Shown in pieces: positions 20,630 to 31,432 of a DNA stretch of 64,000 nucleotides. This DNA is from an uncultured Chloroflexia bacterium. GTDB taxonomy: Bacteria; Chloroflexota; Limnocylindria; Limnocylindrales; CSP1-4. Below the pieces are notes generated by a model. It did not search any database. It saw only the letters and a list, made by a program, of their open reading frames with translations, and was not told the DNA's origin. The stretch covers positions 32,001 through 96,000 of the forward strand of contig CAVYBU010000002.1 in the NCBI GenBank assembly GCA_963766735.1, written 5' to 3'. Both the position numbers and the translations under genes were made by a program. Position 1 is the first letter of the stretch; every line of letters begins with the position of its first letter.

Positions 20630-21058
20630 CTACGCAGGCTCCACGACGAGGAAGCCCTCGCGTTCCGCCGCTCGGGCGAGGCGGTCGTCCAGCGTGACGA
20701 AGGGCAGGCTGCGGGGATCGTCATCGGCCGCGACGATCGCGGCGGCCAGCTGGAAAGCGTCCGCTGCCCGGATCGCATGGACCCGGAGGAGTCGCTCGGC
20801 GGTCTTCCGCAATCGCGACGTGGGCTGGATCTCCTGCCAGGACGCAGCGTGGGCCTCGAGCCGTCGGTACGCGATTGCGGCCCCAGGGGCTCCGAGCCTT
20901 CCCTCGCGCTCGAGTCGAGCGATGGCCGACGTGCATTCCACCTCGGTTCCCCACCAGGCCACGATCACCGGGTCCCGGTCAAAAGCCGCGGCGACGGTCG
21001 CGCTCGAGGGCTCCGTGGCCAGCAGGGGGACAATCGATGATGCGTCCCAGAACCTCAC
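20630..21058 (-). CDS. vapC: VapC-family PIN-domain toxin
   Basis: MRFWDASSIV, EVECTSA, IRAADAFQLAAA, FVTLDDRLARAA acidic PIN pattern; GTGA overlap with antitoxin. Confidence 0.9.
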   Translation of the reverse strand: MRFWDASSIVPLLATEPSSATVAAAFDRDPVIVAWWGTEVECTSAIARLEREGRLGAPGAAIAYRRLEAHAASWQEIQPTSRLRKTAERLLRVHAIRAADAFQLAAAIVAADDDPRSLPFVTLDDRLARAAEREGFLVVEPA

Positions 21059-21351
21059 CAGCCGGTCCGCCGCTCTTCGAGGATGATCTCGACCGCGCTC
21101 AGGCCCTCTCCCTTCACCGCGGGTCCGGGCGTTCTCATGAGCTCGACCGGCGGCTCGATCCGGCCCCGCCGGACCAAGCCTGCCCGCTCCAAACGCGACA
21201 GCCGGTCTTCGACATCGATCCGCCCGCTCACCGGCTCGATCACGGCCACTGGTACCCCCCTGTCGGTGACGACGATGGACTCGCCAGCGCGCACGCGGTC
21301 AATGAGCGCCGAGAGGCCGTTCTTGACCTCGGTGATCGTTGCGGTCTCCAT
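21055..21351 (-). CDS. Phd/YefM-family antitoxin
   Basis: ITEVKNGLSALIDRVRAGESIVVTDRGVPVAVI. Confidence 0.9.
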   Translation of the reverse strand: METATITEVKNGLSALIDRVRAGESIVVTDRGVPVAVIEPVSGRIDVEDRLSRLERAGLVRRGRIEPPVELMRTPGPAVKGEGLSAVEIILEERRTGW

Positions 21352-21358
21352 GATGGCT

Positions 21359-21387
21359 AGAATGGCCATATCGAGATGGCCTGTCAA
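21359..21387 (-). promoter_or_regulatory. Sigma70-type leaderless promoter of the TA operon with an operator palindrome in the spacer
   Basis: TTGACA (21387-21382), 17 nt, CATTCT (21364-21359), 7 nt, ATG; near-palindrome GGCCATATCGAGATGGCC at 21364-21381. Confidence 0.75.
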
Positions 21388-21397
21388 GGCCTCAGCC

Positions 21398-22510
21398 TCA
21401 GACCGATCCGGCTGCCGACAGGATTGACCGCCGCGCGTGATCCCTCGCCAGTCCATCGGCCAGCGCCTCGCCCAGCAGCCGGGCCAGCTGGTCCCACTCG
21501 ATCAGGAATCCGTCGTGGCCCTTGGTGGTCTCGATCTCGTGGTACCCCGAATCGACGCCCGCCGCGGCCGCTTCGCCCACGAGGATCCGTACCTGGTCCG
21601 GGCCATAGAGGATGTCGCCCTCGATGCCGATGCCGGTGAGCGCGGTGTCCGTCGCCGCGAGGGCCCGGAAGGCCTCCAGGACGCCGCCGCGGTCCCGGCC
21701 CACGTCGTGGCCGTCCATGACGCGCACCAGGACGCTGTAGGTGTCCGGGTCGAAGCGGCCGATGAGCTTGCGTCCCTGGTGGTCGAGGTAGGACACCACC
21801 GAGAAGCGGCCGTCGGGTCCGGTCTCGCGTCCGAAGCGGCCGTCGAAATCGGTCTCGGAGCGGTAGGTGGTCATCGCCAGCTGGCGGGCGATGGACAGGC
21901 CCTCCAGGCCCAGCCGGCCGACGATCTCCAGCTGCAGGTGGTTCCATGCGATGGCGAGAGGCCCCGTGGCCGCCGGCGCCCCGATCGGGACGACGTGGCA
22001 GACGGATCGGGGGCGGGCGAGCGCAACCTCCAGGGCAACCATGCCGCCGAGGCTGCCGCCGGCGACGAGGGCGAACCGCTCGATGCCGAGGTGGTCCGCA
22101 AGGCGCCAGATCGCCCGGGCCTCGTCCCGTGCGGTGACCTCTGGAAACGTTCTGCCCCAGGCCTGACCGGTCTCCGGGTTGACGGACGTAGGACCCGTTG
22201 ACCCGTATCGGCCGCCGAGGAGGTTGGCGCACAGGACCCCGATCCTCGTCGTGTCGAAGACCTTGTCGGGCCCGATGAGCGGCTGCCACCAGTCGCCGGC
22301 GGCATCGGCGGACCCGGTGAGCGCGTGGATGACCAGGGCCTGCGGTGCATCCGGGCCGGGCCCATCGTGCCGGTAGGCCATGGTCAGGGACAGGGGCTGG
22401 CCACCGGTCTCCGGGAGGAAGGTCCCGAGATCGGCGGCCTGGACCCGCCCGGTCCCGAGGGGAGGCCGGGCGGCGTTCGCCGGTTCGGCGCGCGACTCGC
22501 CTGTCGCCAT
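21398..22510 (-). CDS. metX: Homoserine O-acetyltransferase
   Basis: HALTGSAD, ANLLGGRYGSTGP, GGSLGGM, GHDGFLIE; follows metY. Confidence 0.88.
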   Translation of the reverse strand: MATGESRAEPANAARPPLGTGRVQAADLGTFLPETGGQPLSLTMAYRHDGPGPDAPQALVIHALTGSADAAGDWWQPLIGPDKVFDTTRIGVLCANLLGGRYGSTGPTSVNPETGQAWGRTFPEVTARDEARAIWRLADHLGIERFALVAGGSLGGMVALEVALARPRSVCHVVPIGAPAATGPLAIAWNHLQLEIVGRLGLEGLSIARQLAMTTYRSETDFDGRFGRETGPDGRFSVVSYLDHQGRKLIGRFDPDTYSVLVRVMDGHDVGRDRGGVLEAFRALAATDTALTGIGIEGDILYGPDQVRILVGEAAAAGVDSGYHEIETTKGHDGFLIEWDQLARLLGEALADGLARDHARRSILSAAGSV

Positions 22511-22518
22511 CGCGCGGC

Positions 22519-24042
<1,524 letters not shown>

Positions 24043-24129
24043 TCAGCGCGGAGAAACTCGGCGCCCGTCCTCCGAACGACGGGGCCGCCCACGCATGCAC
24101 ATCAGCCAGGAAACGGTGGTGTGGCTCAT
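24043..24129 (-). CDS. Candidate 28-aa leader peptide MSHTTVSWLMCMRGRPRRSEDGRRVSPR with a Met-Cys-Met cluster
   Basis: ATG at 24129 to TGA at 24045-24043, 10 nt after a TTGACG-N18-CATCCT promoter and upstream of a terminator preceding metY-metX. Confidence 0.62.
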   Translation of the reverse strand: MSHTTVSWLMCMRGRPRRSEDGRRVSPR

Positions 24130-24305
24130 CAGGTCGCGAAGGATGGGGGACGGTACGGGTATGCGTCAAGTCCGCGGGCCGGTCGCAACGCAACTGCAAC
24201 TGTCGGAGGCACGCGCGGCATACCAGGCCGGCGGGAGGAGCATGGACGCAGGAGGCCCGCCGTTGCCGGCGGGCCTTGTCGCGACGGTTGGGTGAGACGC
24301 GGGTG

Positions 24306-24899
24306 TCAGCCGCTGGTGGTCGGGGAAGCGGAGGGTGCTGCGGGGGCGATCGGGACGCCCTGCTTCCAGTTCTGGCCGTTCTTCCAGCCACGGCCTCCGC
24401 CGAAGCCCATGCCCTTCTTGCCGTCCCGACCGAGGGCCTTGAGCTCATCCGTCGTGATCTTGCCGTCGTCCATCAGCGTGGTGAGCGTGCGGAGGGGGTG
24501 ATCCGCGGGCAGCTGGTCCAGCTCCGCCTGCGTGATCTCGCCGTCGGCGAGGAAGCCCTTGATCTTCTGCTGGAGCGCCTTCTGCTCTTCCCAGGCGGCC
24601 TTGCGCTCCGCCTGGCGAGCGGCGCGCTCGGTCTTGAGCGCGTCGAGGATCGCGGTCTTCTGGGCCGCGGTGATCGTGTTCTTGGCCACCAGGTCGTCCA
24701 GGACCTCTGTCAGGGCGGTGTCCTTCTCGGGCTTGACCGTGGTGCCCGCCGACGGCGCGGGCGCCGCACTCTCGGCCGCAGGGACCACGTCGCCCGTGTC
24801 CGCGGCGGGCGCAGAGCCGGACGTGGCGAGGACCGCACCGGCCCCAACGGCCAGGAGCAGAGCGGCGAGCGGGAGGACGAGCGTCTTGCTGAGTGTCAC
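24306..24899 (-). CDS. Secreted hypothetical protein (helical, G-x-I-T repeats), probable target of the adjacent two-component system
   Basis: Signal peptide LVLPLAALLLAVGAGAVLA; repeated LVAKNTIT / LADGEIT / MDDGKIT; GGAGG RBS. Confidence 0.75.
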   Translation of the reverse strand: MTLSKTLVLPLAALLLAVGAGAVLATSGSAPAADTGDVVPAAESAAPAPSAGTTVKPEKDTALTEVLDDLVAKNTITAAQKTAILDALKTERAARQAERKAAWEEQKALQQKIKGFLADGEITQAELDQLPADHPLRTLTTLMDDGKITTDELKALGRDGKKGMGFGGGRGWKNGQNWKQGVPIAPAAPSASPTTSG

Positions 24900-24954
24900 G
24901 AGGAGCCTCCGGGTAGGGTGCACCGGGAATGGTACGGGTCGGCGTGTTGACTGG

Positions 24955-26407
24955 CTAGAGCGTGGTGGCCGGGCCTGAGCCCTCGCCGGGATCGGGCTGT
25001 GAGCCGGCTGTGAACGGGAGCCATGCGCCGAAGGTGGCGCCACCCCCCGGCGTGGCCTCGTGCCACAGGCGGCCGCCGTGGGCATCCACAAGGGACGCGA
25101 CGATCGAGAGGCCGAGCCCCGACCCGCCGCGTTCCCTGGAGCGTCCGGGGTCCGCGCGGAAGAAGCGGTCGAACACGCGCGACGCGTGCTCCGGGTCGAT
25201 CCCCGGGCCGTGGTCGACCACGCGCAGCTCCGCCCGATCGCCATCCTGCCGGAGGATCACCTCCACGGGCGTCGCGGCAGGGGTGTGCACCCGGACGTTG
25301 GCGAGAAGGTTGCCGATGACCTGCCGGAGCCGGTCCTCGTCGCCGGTCACCTGGATCGCGGGCTCGATGGCGCCCACGATCGGCCGGTCCGGCTCCACGG
25401 CCCTCGCGTCCGCCACGGCCTCGGTGCAGATTCGTGACAGGTCCACGGGGTCACGGCGCAGCGCCCGGCCCTGGTCCAGGCGGGCAAGGAGGAGCAGGTC
25501 TTCCACGAGCACGCCCATGCGCCGGCTCTCCGTCCCGATGCGCCCCATTGCCGCATCGAGCTCCGCGGGCTCCGCCAGCCCGCCGGCCTGGTACAGGTCC
25601 GCGTATCCGCGCACGGCGGTGAGCGGCGTCCGGAGCTCGTGCGAGGCATCGGCCACGAAGCGGCGCAGCCGGTCCTCGCTGTGCGCCTTCGCATCGAGCG
25701 CCTGGTGCTGCTGCACGAAGGCGACCTCGATCTGGTCCAGCATGGTGTCGAAGGCTGCGCCAAGGCGCCCGACCTCGGTGCCGTCATGGGGGACGCCGGT
25801 CCGCTGCGCCAGGTCACCCTCCGTGATCGCCTCCGCGGTACGCGCGATCTTCTCGAGCGGCAGCAGCCCGCGCCGCAGGACCGCCCACCCGACGACCAGC
25901 AGACGCGCCCATGGCGATCACCCCCACCAGCACCAGGGTCCGGACCAGGGCGCCCACGGCGGCGTCGACGCCCGCCAGCGGCGCCGCGATCGCGACGAGG
26001 GCCCCGCCCCGGCCCTGCACCGTCCTAACGTGGTAGCGCAGTGAACCGTCCACCGCCGGCCGCTCCACGATGGGGCCGAGGGCGGACGCCGGGACGCCGT
26101 CCGGGTAGCTCGGCAGGGCGGGGATGGGATCGGGCTCGTCCGCGAAGCCGGACGGGAACGCGCGGTTCACGTTGCCGCGCTTGTCGAGGCGGAGGATGGC
26201 GAGCCGGCGCCCGGCCACGTCCTCGCTGTCCGCGAGGTCCGTCATCCGCTGGACGAGCGCCGCCGCCGATGAGATGGACTGAAGCTCAGCGTCCACGCGG
26301 TCGATGAGCGCGGCCCGGGTGAGGCCGACCAGCAGGACGCCGGCGCCGAGCAGTGCCACGGCGAGCATGACCGCCAGGGACGCGAGCAGGCGCGCCCGGA
26401 GGCTCAC
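24955..26407 (-). CDS. HAMP-HisKA-HATPase sensor histidine kinase (apparent 1-nt frameshift near 25903)
   Basis: N-terminal TM VSLRARLLASLAV; after the shift LLVVGWAVLRRGLLPLEKIA (HAMP), H-box FVADASHELRTPL, N-box NLLANVRVH, DHGPG, FDRFFRAD, GSGLGLSI. Confidence 0.85.
24996..25013 (-). promoter_or_regulatory. Direct-repeat OmpR/PhoP-type box TCACAGC-N4-TCACAGC upstream of the secreted protein gene
   Basis: Perfect heptamer pair at 25013-25007 and 25002-24996, inside the kinase 3' end. Confidence 0.7.
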
Positions 26408-27211
26408 GGCGGCGTTCCGGCGCCCGGTCCCGTGCCCGCGTCCGGTCCCGCGCCCGCGCCCGGCCCCGGTCCCGCGTCCCGCGCCCGCGCCCGGCCCAGC
26501 GCCCGGGCCGTCCGCCCTGAGCACGTACCCGAACCCGCGCACGGTCCGCAGCAGCCGCGGCTCGGCGTCGTCCATCTTGCGCCGCAGGTAGCTCACGTAC
26601 GTCTCCACGACGTTGTCCTCGCCGTTGAAGTCGTACTGCCAGACATGATCCAGGATCTGCTGCTTGGACAGGACCCGTTCCGGGTTCAGCAGGAAGTAGC
26701 GCAGCAGCCGGAACTCGGTTGGCGAGAGGTCCACCTCGCGGCCGGCCCGCCAGACCTGGTGGCGATCCTCGTCCATCTCCAGGTCCCGGTAGCGGAGCCT
26801 GGGGGCATCCTCGCCCGCGGCCCCGCCCCGGACGCGACGGAGGAGGGCGCCGATCCGGAGGGTGAGCTCCTCGAGGGAGAACGGCTTGGTGACGTAGTCG
26901 TCGCCGCCGCGGACGAAGCCGGTGACCCGGTCATCCTCGGAATCGCGCGCGGACAGGAAGATCACCGGGACGAAGTCGCGCGCGGCGCGGAGCCGGCGAC
27001 AGACCTCGAAGCCGTCGATGTCGGGGAGCATGACGTCCAGCACGACGAGGTCCGGCGCGGCCGTCGCTGCAGCCTCCAGCGCGGCGAACCCGGACGCGGC
27101 CGTGGTCACCTGGTAGCCCATGTAGCGCAGGGCCGTGGAGAGCAGCTCGGTGATGGACGCCTCGTCATCCACGACGAGGATGTGGGCGGGTCCCGCGGGC
27201 GCGGCTTGCAT
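26404..27211 (-). CDS. OmpR/PhoP-family response regulator (as assembled, reads in frame into the kinase N-terminus)
   Basis: ILVVDDE, LVVLDVMLP, FLSARD, DDYVTKPFS, LSPTEFRLL, VVETYVSYLRRK, TVRGFGY; alternative starts 27220 and 27232. Confidence 0.9.
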
Positions 27212-27233
27212 GCGCCCCATTGCACGCCCCATT

Positions 27234-27262
27234 CCTGAGAGGTTGCTGTGAATTTGTCGTGA
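27234..27262 (-). promoter_or_regulatory. Triple 11-bp-spaced OmpR/PhoP-type box upstream of the response regulator
   Basis: Minus strand TCACGAC-aaat-TCACAGC-aacc-TCTCAGG. Confidence 0.65.
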
Positions 27263-27335
27263 AGCAGCCGGACGCCCGACCCCACCTCGCGCGACGACGG
27301 ATGACGCGTCCGCGCTCCCGGTGCATCATCCGCAC

Positions 27336-28346
27336 ATGTCGAAGCTGCCCGCCACGTTCCGTGCCTATGTCGTGGACCGCCCGGATGGCGGCGCGCTCTC
27401 CCGCGGCTTCCGCGAGATGACCCCCTCCGACCTGCCCTCCGGCGAGGTCACCGTCCGCGTCGAGTGGTCCGGCGTCAACTTCAAGGACGGCCTGGCCGCG
27501 AGCGAGGATGGCCGGGTGGCCCGCGCCTACCCGCTGATCCCCGGCACCGACCTCGCCGGGACGGTCATGGCCACGGACGACGACGCGTTCCCTGAGGGCT
27601 CGAGGGTCCTCGCTCATGGCTATGAGATCGGAGTCTCGCACCACGGCGGGTACGCGGACGTGGCGCGGGTCCCGTCGGGCTGGATCGTGCCGCTACCGGA
27701 TGGCCTCACGACACGGGACGCCATGGAGATCGGCACCGCCGGCTTCACCGCGGCGATGAGCGTCGCCGCCCTGGAGGACCGCGGCCTCAGGCCCGGCGAC
27801 GGACCCGTGCTCGTCACGGGCGCGTCAGGCGGCGTGGGTTCGGCTGCCGTCGCCATCCTCGCGCTGCGCGGTCACGAGGTCTGGGCAGCCACCGGCAAGG
27901 CGGACGAGGCCGAGCGCCTCACGCTGCTCGGTGCCGCCGGCATCCTGGCCCGCGAGGAGGTCACGACCCAGGGCCGACCCCTCGACAAGGTCCGCTGGGC
28001 CGGCGCGGTGGACACGGTCGGCGCGGCCACGCTGCCCTACGTCCTGAGCACCCTCCGGATCGGGGCCGCGGTCGCCGCGTCCGGCAACACGGGTGGCCCG
28101 CAGCTCGTCACCACGGTCTTCCCGTTCATCCTCCGCGGCGTCGCGCTGCTCGGGATGGACACGGCCAACATGGCGATCGAGCCGAGGCGCGCGCTCTGGA
28201 GCCGGCTGGCGACGGACCTGCGACCGCGGGGTGTCGAAGGCGGCACCACCGAGGTGGACCTGGACGAGGTGGAGCCGGCCCTGGACGCGATCCTGGCCGG
28301 GCAGGCGCGCGGCCGCTGGGTGGTGCGGGTCACCGGCCAGGGCTAG
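27336..28346 (+). CDS. YhdH/AcuI-family MDR oxidoreductase (acryloyl-CoA reductase-like)
   Basis: SGVNFKDGLA, IPGTDLAG, GTAGFTAA, VLVTGASGGVGS, PFILRGVALLG. Confidence 0.88.
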   Translation: MSKLPATFRAYVVDRPDGGALSRGFREMTPSDLPSGEVTVRVEWSGVNFKDGLAASEDGRVARAYPLIPGTDLAGTVMATDDDAFPEGSRVLAHGYEIGVSHHGGYADVARVPSGWIVPLPDGLTTRDAMEIGTAGFTAAMSVAALEDRGLRPGDGPVLVTGASGGVGSAAVAILALRGHEVWAATGKADEAERLTLLGAAGILAREEVTTQGRPLDKVRWAGAVDTVGAATLPYVLSTLRIGAAVAASGNTGGPQLVTTVFPFILRGVALLGMDTANMAIEPRRALWSRLATDLRPRGVEGGTTEVDLDEVEPALDAILAGQARGRWVVRVTGQG

Positions 28347-28377
28347 GACCTCGCGCAGGCCGGGTCCGCCGCGACCC

Positions 28378-29196
28378 CTACTCGTCCAGCTCGCCCCGCA
28401 GCTGCATCAGCGCCCGGACGAGCGGCTCCTCCATCTGGGCCGCGGGATAGGGTCCGTCCGCCAGGGCGGCCTCGACCTCCATGAACCCGGTATGGACCAG
28501 CGACGCCCGCGCCACAACCTCGCGCAGCTCCTCCAGGGACCGTTCCGCGAACGGGCGCCCGGCGTGATCCCCGTGACCCGGAACCACCACGGTCGAGGGT
28601 CCGGTCATCTCCAGCATCGCCTCCACGGTTGCGGGCCAGTCCATCGGGTAGCCGTCCCCGAAGAATGGGGTTGCCCCGTTCTCGAGCAGGTCGCCCGCGC
28701 ACAGGACGTCGGCGTCCGGGATCCGGACGACGATGTCGTTGTCGGTGTGGCCACGGCCGAGGTACGCAAGCTCGACGACCCGGTCACCCAGGTCGATGAC
28801 GGCGCGATCCGTGAAGGTCCGGTCCGGCGGATCCAGGACCACGGCCCCGAGGTCGGCCGCCAGCTCCGGCAGCTCCTCGGCGAGTGTCCGCCGCCTGTCC
28901 TCGCCCGTGCGCTCGATCATCGTCACGCAGCGCTCGTGGCCCCAGATCACCACCGGGCGCAGGTCGTGGTTGCCGAAGACGTGGTCGTAGTGACCGTGCG
29001 TGTTCACCACGACGTCGAACCGCCTGATCCCGAGCTCGCGTGCGTCCGCGATCAGCTCCCGTGCCTGGCGGGGCGTGGTCCGTGTGTCCACGACCAGCGC
29101 CAGATCCCGGCCACGCACGACCACGATGTTCTGGTCATAGAACGCGTAGCGACGCACGAAGACCCGATCGGCGACCTCCTGCCAGAGACCTGTCAT
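28378..29196 (-). CDS. MBL-fold metallo-hydrolase
   Basis: NTHGHYDHVFGN, GHTDND, AGDL, VVPGHG. Confidence 0.9.
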   Translation of the reverse strand: MTGLWQEVADRVFVRRYAFYDQNIVVVRGRDLALVVDTRTTPRQARELIADARELGIRRFDVVVNTHGHYDHVFGNHDLRPVVIWGHERCVTMIERTGEDRRRTLAEELPELAADLGAVVLDPPDRTFTDRAVIDLGDRVVELAYLGRGHTDNDIVVRIPDADVLCAGDLLENGATPFFGDGYPMDWPATVEAMLEMTGPSTVVVPGHGDHAGRPFAERSLEELREVVARASLVHTGFMEVEAALADGPYPAAQMEEPLVRALMQLRGELDE

Positions 29197-29255
29197 GTCC
29201 GGGATCGTACCCGCGCAACACGCGACCGACTACCCTGTCGCGACAAGGAGGCCCC

Positions 29256-30129
29256 ATGACCGTCATCACCATCCCGTCGGGGACCGCACCGTCCCAGGGA
29301 ACCGCAACCGTTGCCGACGGCACCACGCTCCGCACGCTCCACTGGGCACCCGTGGGCGATCCGTGGGCGGCCGCGCTCGTAGTCCACGGCCTGGGCGAGC
29401 ACGCCGGGCGGTACGGGACGGTCGCGGCGGCCCTGACGACGGCGGGGATCGACGTCTACGCCTACGACCAGCGCGGCTTCGGCGGATCGGCCGGCGCGCG
29501 GGCCTACGTGGACAGCTACGAGCCAGTTCCACGACGACCTGGCGGAGCGGGTGCTCGACGCCCGTGCTGCGACACCCGGATTGCCGCTGGTGATGTACGG
29601 CCACTCGCTGGGCGGCCTGACCGTCGCCGGCTACGTGCTCTCCGGGCGGGACCTTCCGATGCCGGACCTCGTGGTTCTCTCCGCGCCGGCCCTGGACGCG
29701 GAGCAGCCGGCCTGGAAGAAGATCCTGGCGAGGATCCTCACGAACATCACGCCGAAGATGAGGCTGGCGGACGGGCTGCCCAGGGACGGCCGATCCCGTG
29801 ACCCGGAGGTCCAGGCAGCCGTGGACGCGGACCCGCTGTATGTCACCAGGACCACGGTCCGGTTCGGCGCCGAGGCGTTCGCGGAGCAGGCGCGGGTCCA
29901 GACGGCGATCGCGGGGATCTCGGCCATGCCGATGCCCACCTACGTGTTCCACGGCTCCGCCGACCCGATCGTGGCGCCGGCGGCGAGCGCGATGCTCGAG
30001 GGCAAGGGCAACGTGACGCGTCGCGTGCACGAGGGGCTGCGCCACGAGTGCCACAACGAGCCGGAGCACGAGCAGGTGCTGGGCGAGGTCGTGGCCTGGA
30101 TTCGGGCCACCGTCCCCGTGCCGGTGTAG
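29256..30129 (+). CDS. Alpha/beta hydrolase, lysophospholipase-like (apparent +1 frameshift near 29523)
   Basis: VHGLGEHAGRY and DQRGFG in the first frame; GHSLGG, HGSADPIV and RHECHNEP in the second; removing one C restores YEQFHDDLAERV. Confidence 0.82.
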
Positions 30130-30153
30130 AATTGCTGCGACAACTGAAGACTC

Positions 30154-30244
30154 GCCTCCGGGGAGCGCAATCGTGCGCTGAGAGTGTGGTTTGACCACAG
30201 ACCCGCGGAACCTGATCCGGTTCGTACCGGTGTAGGAAGCAGGC
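30154..30244 (+). ncRNA. TPP riboswitch
   Basis: GGGGAGC...GCTGAGA...GACCC..GAACCTGATCCGGTTCGTACCGGTGTAGGAA matches the TPP core; precedes an NMT1/THI5-type binding protein; TAGAAT -10 at 30127-30132. Confidence 0.92.
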
Positions 30245-30314
30245 CCGCACGCGTCGACGCCGTCCTCGGACCCCGGGGGCGGCGATGTTTCTTCCTGGAG
30301 GCCTCGACGCGATC

Positions 30315-31419
30315 GTGATCCATCGTTCCCGCCGCTCCGCAAGCGCCCTCGCGGCGCTGCTGGTGCTCGCCGCCGCTCGCCGGGTGCGGCTCACCGGCCC
30401 CGCCAACGCCTCTCCCGGCCGGGCCGACGGCCTCCCCCGAGGCAGCCGCTACGCCGTTGGGCACGGTGCTCGTCCCGGCAACGCCTGCCGTCCCCTCCAG
30501 GGTCCGCCTCGCGCTGGACTGGACGCCCAACACCAACCACCTCGGGTTCTTCGTCGCGCAGGAGAAGGGCTGGTACGCGGAGGCGGGCGTGGAGCTGGAG
30601 GTGCTCCCGTACGGCGGCACCGCGCCGGAGGCGATCCTCGCCGCGCACCAGGCGGAGTGCGGGATCAGCTTCCAGGACTCGATGACGTTCGCTGTGGCAG
30701 CCGGCGCCCCAATCGTCTCGGTCATGGCGATCCTCCAGCACACGGCTCAGGACATCGCGGTCCTGGCGGAGTCCGATATCGAGCGGCCGAAGGCCCTCGA
30801 CGGGAGGATCTACGCTGGCTTCGGCTACCCGAACGAGGTCCCCACGCTGCAGGCGGTGATCCGGGCGGACGGTGGCACGGGCACATTCGACACCGTGACG
30901 CTCGATGCCGCGGCATACGAGGCGCTGTACTCGAAGCGGGCGGACTTCGTGATCACGTTCGCAGCGTGGGAGGGGATCGAGGCTGCCCAGCGCGGTATCG
31001 ACCTGCGCACATTCCGGTTCTCGGACTTCGGGTTCCCGGACTTCTACCAGGTGGTGCTGGCCTGCGACCACGACTGGCTGGCGAAAGACCCGGTGGCCGC
31101 AAAGGCGTTCGTGAGCGCGACGGCGCGCGGGTTCGGGTTCGCGGCCCTCAACCCTGACGAGGCGGCAGCCATCCTGGTTGCGGCCAACCCGGGCATCTTC
31201 GACGCCAATCCGGACCTGCCGCAGGCGTCCGCGACGTACCTTGCCGAGCAGGGGCTGTTCATGGACACGCACGCGGCGGTGGGGACACAGACTCTGGAGA
31301 AGTGGAGCGGCTACTCCGGGTTCCTGTACGAGCAGGGACTGCTGGTGGATGCGCAGGGCGCCGCACTCGCGGCGCCGCCGGACTACTCGTCCCTGTTCAG
31401 CAACGAGTTCCTGCCGTGA
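30315..31419 (+). CDS. ABC substrate-binding lipoprotein, NMT1/THI5 (ThiY/YkoF-like; thiamine or HMP precursor), apparent frameshift near 30376
   Basis: LALDWTPNTNHLGFFVAQEKGWY; GGAGG and GTG at 30315; signal peptide joins an LAGC lipobox after a 1-nt shift. Confidence 0.85.
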
Positions 31420-31432
31420 GCCCGGAACCCCG

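Noticed and set aside
20387-21400. Genomic island integrated at tRNA-Gln
   Set aside because: The TA module is on the 5' side of the tRNA; no integrase and no duplicated tRNA 3' end seen in the window
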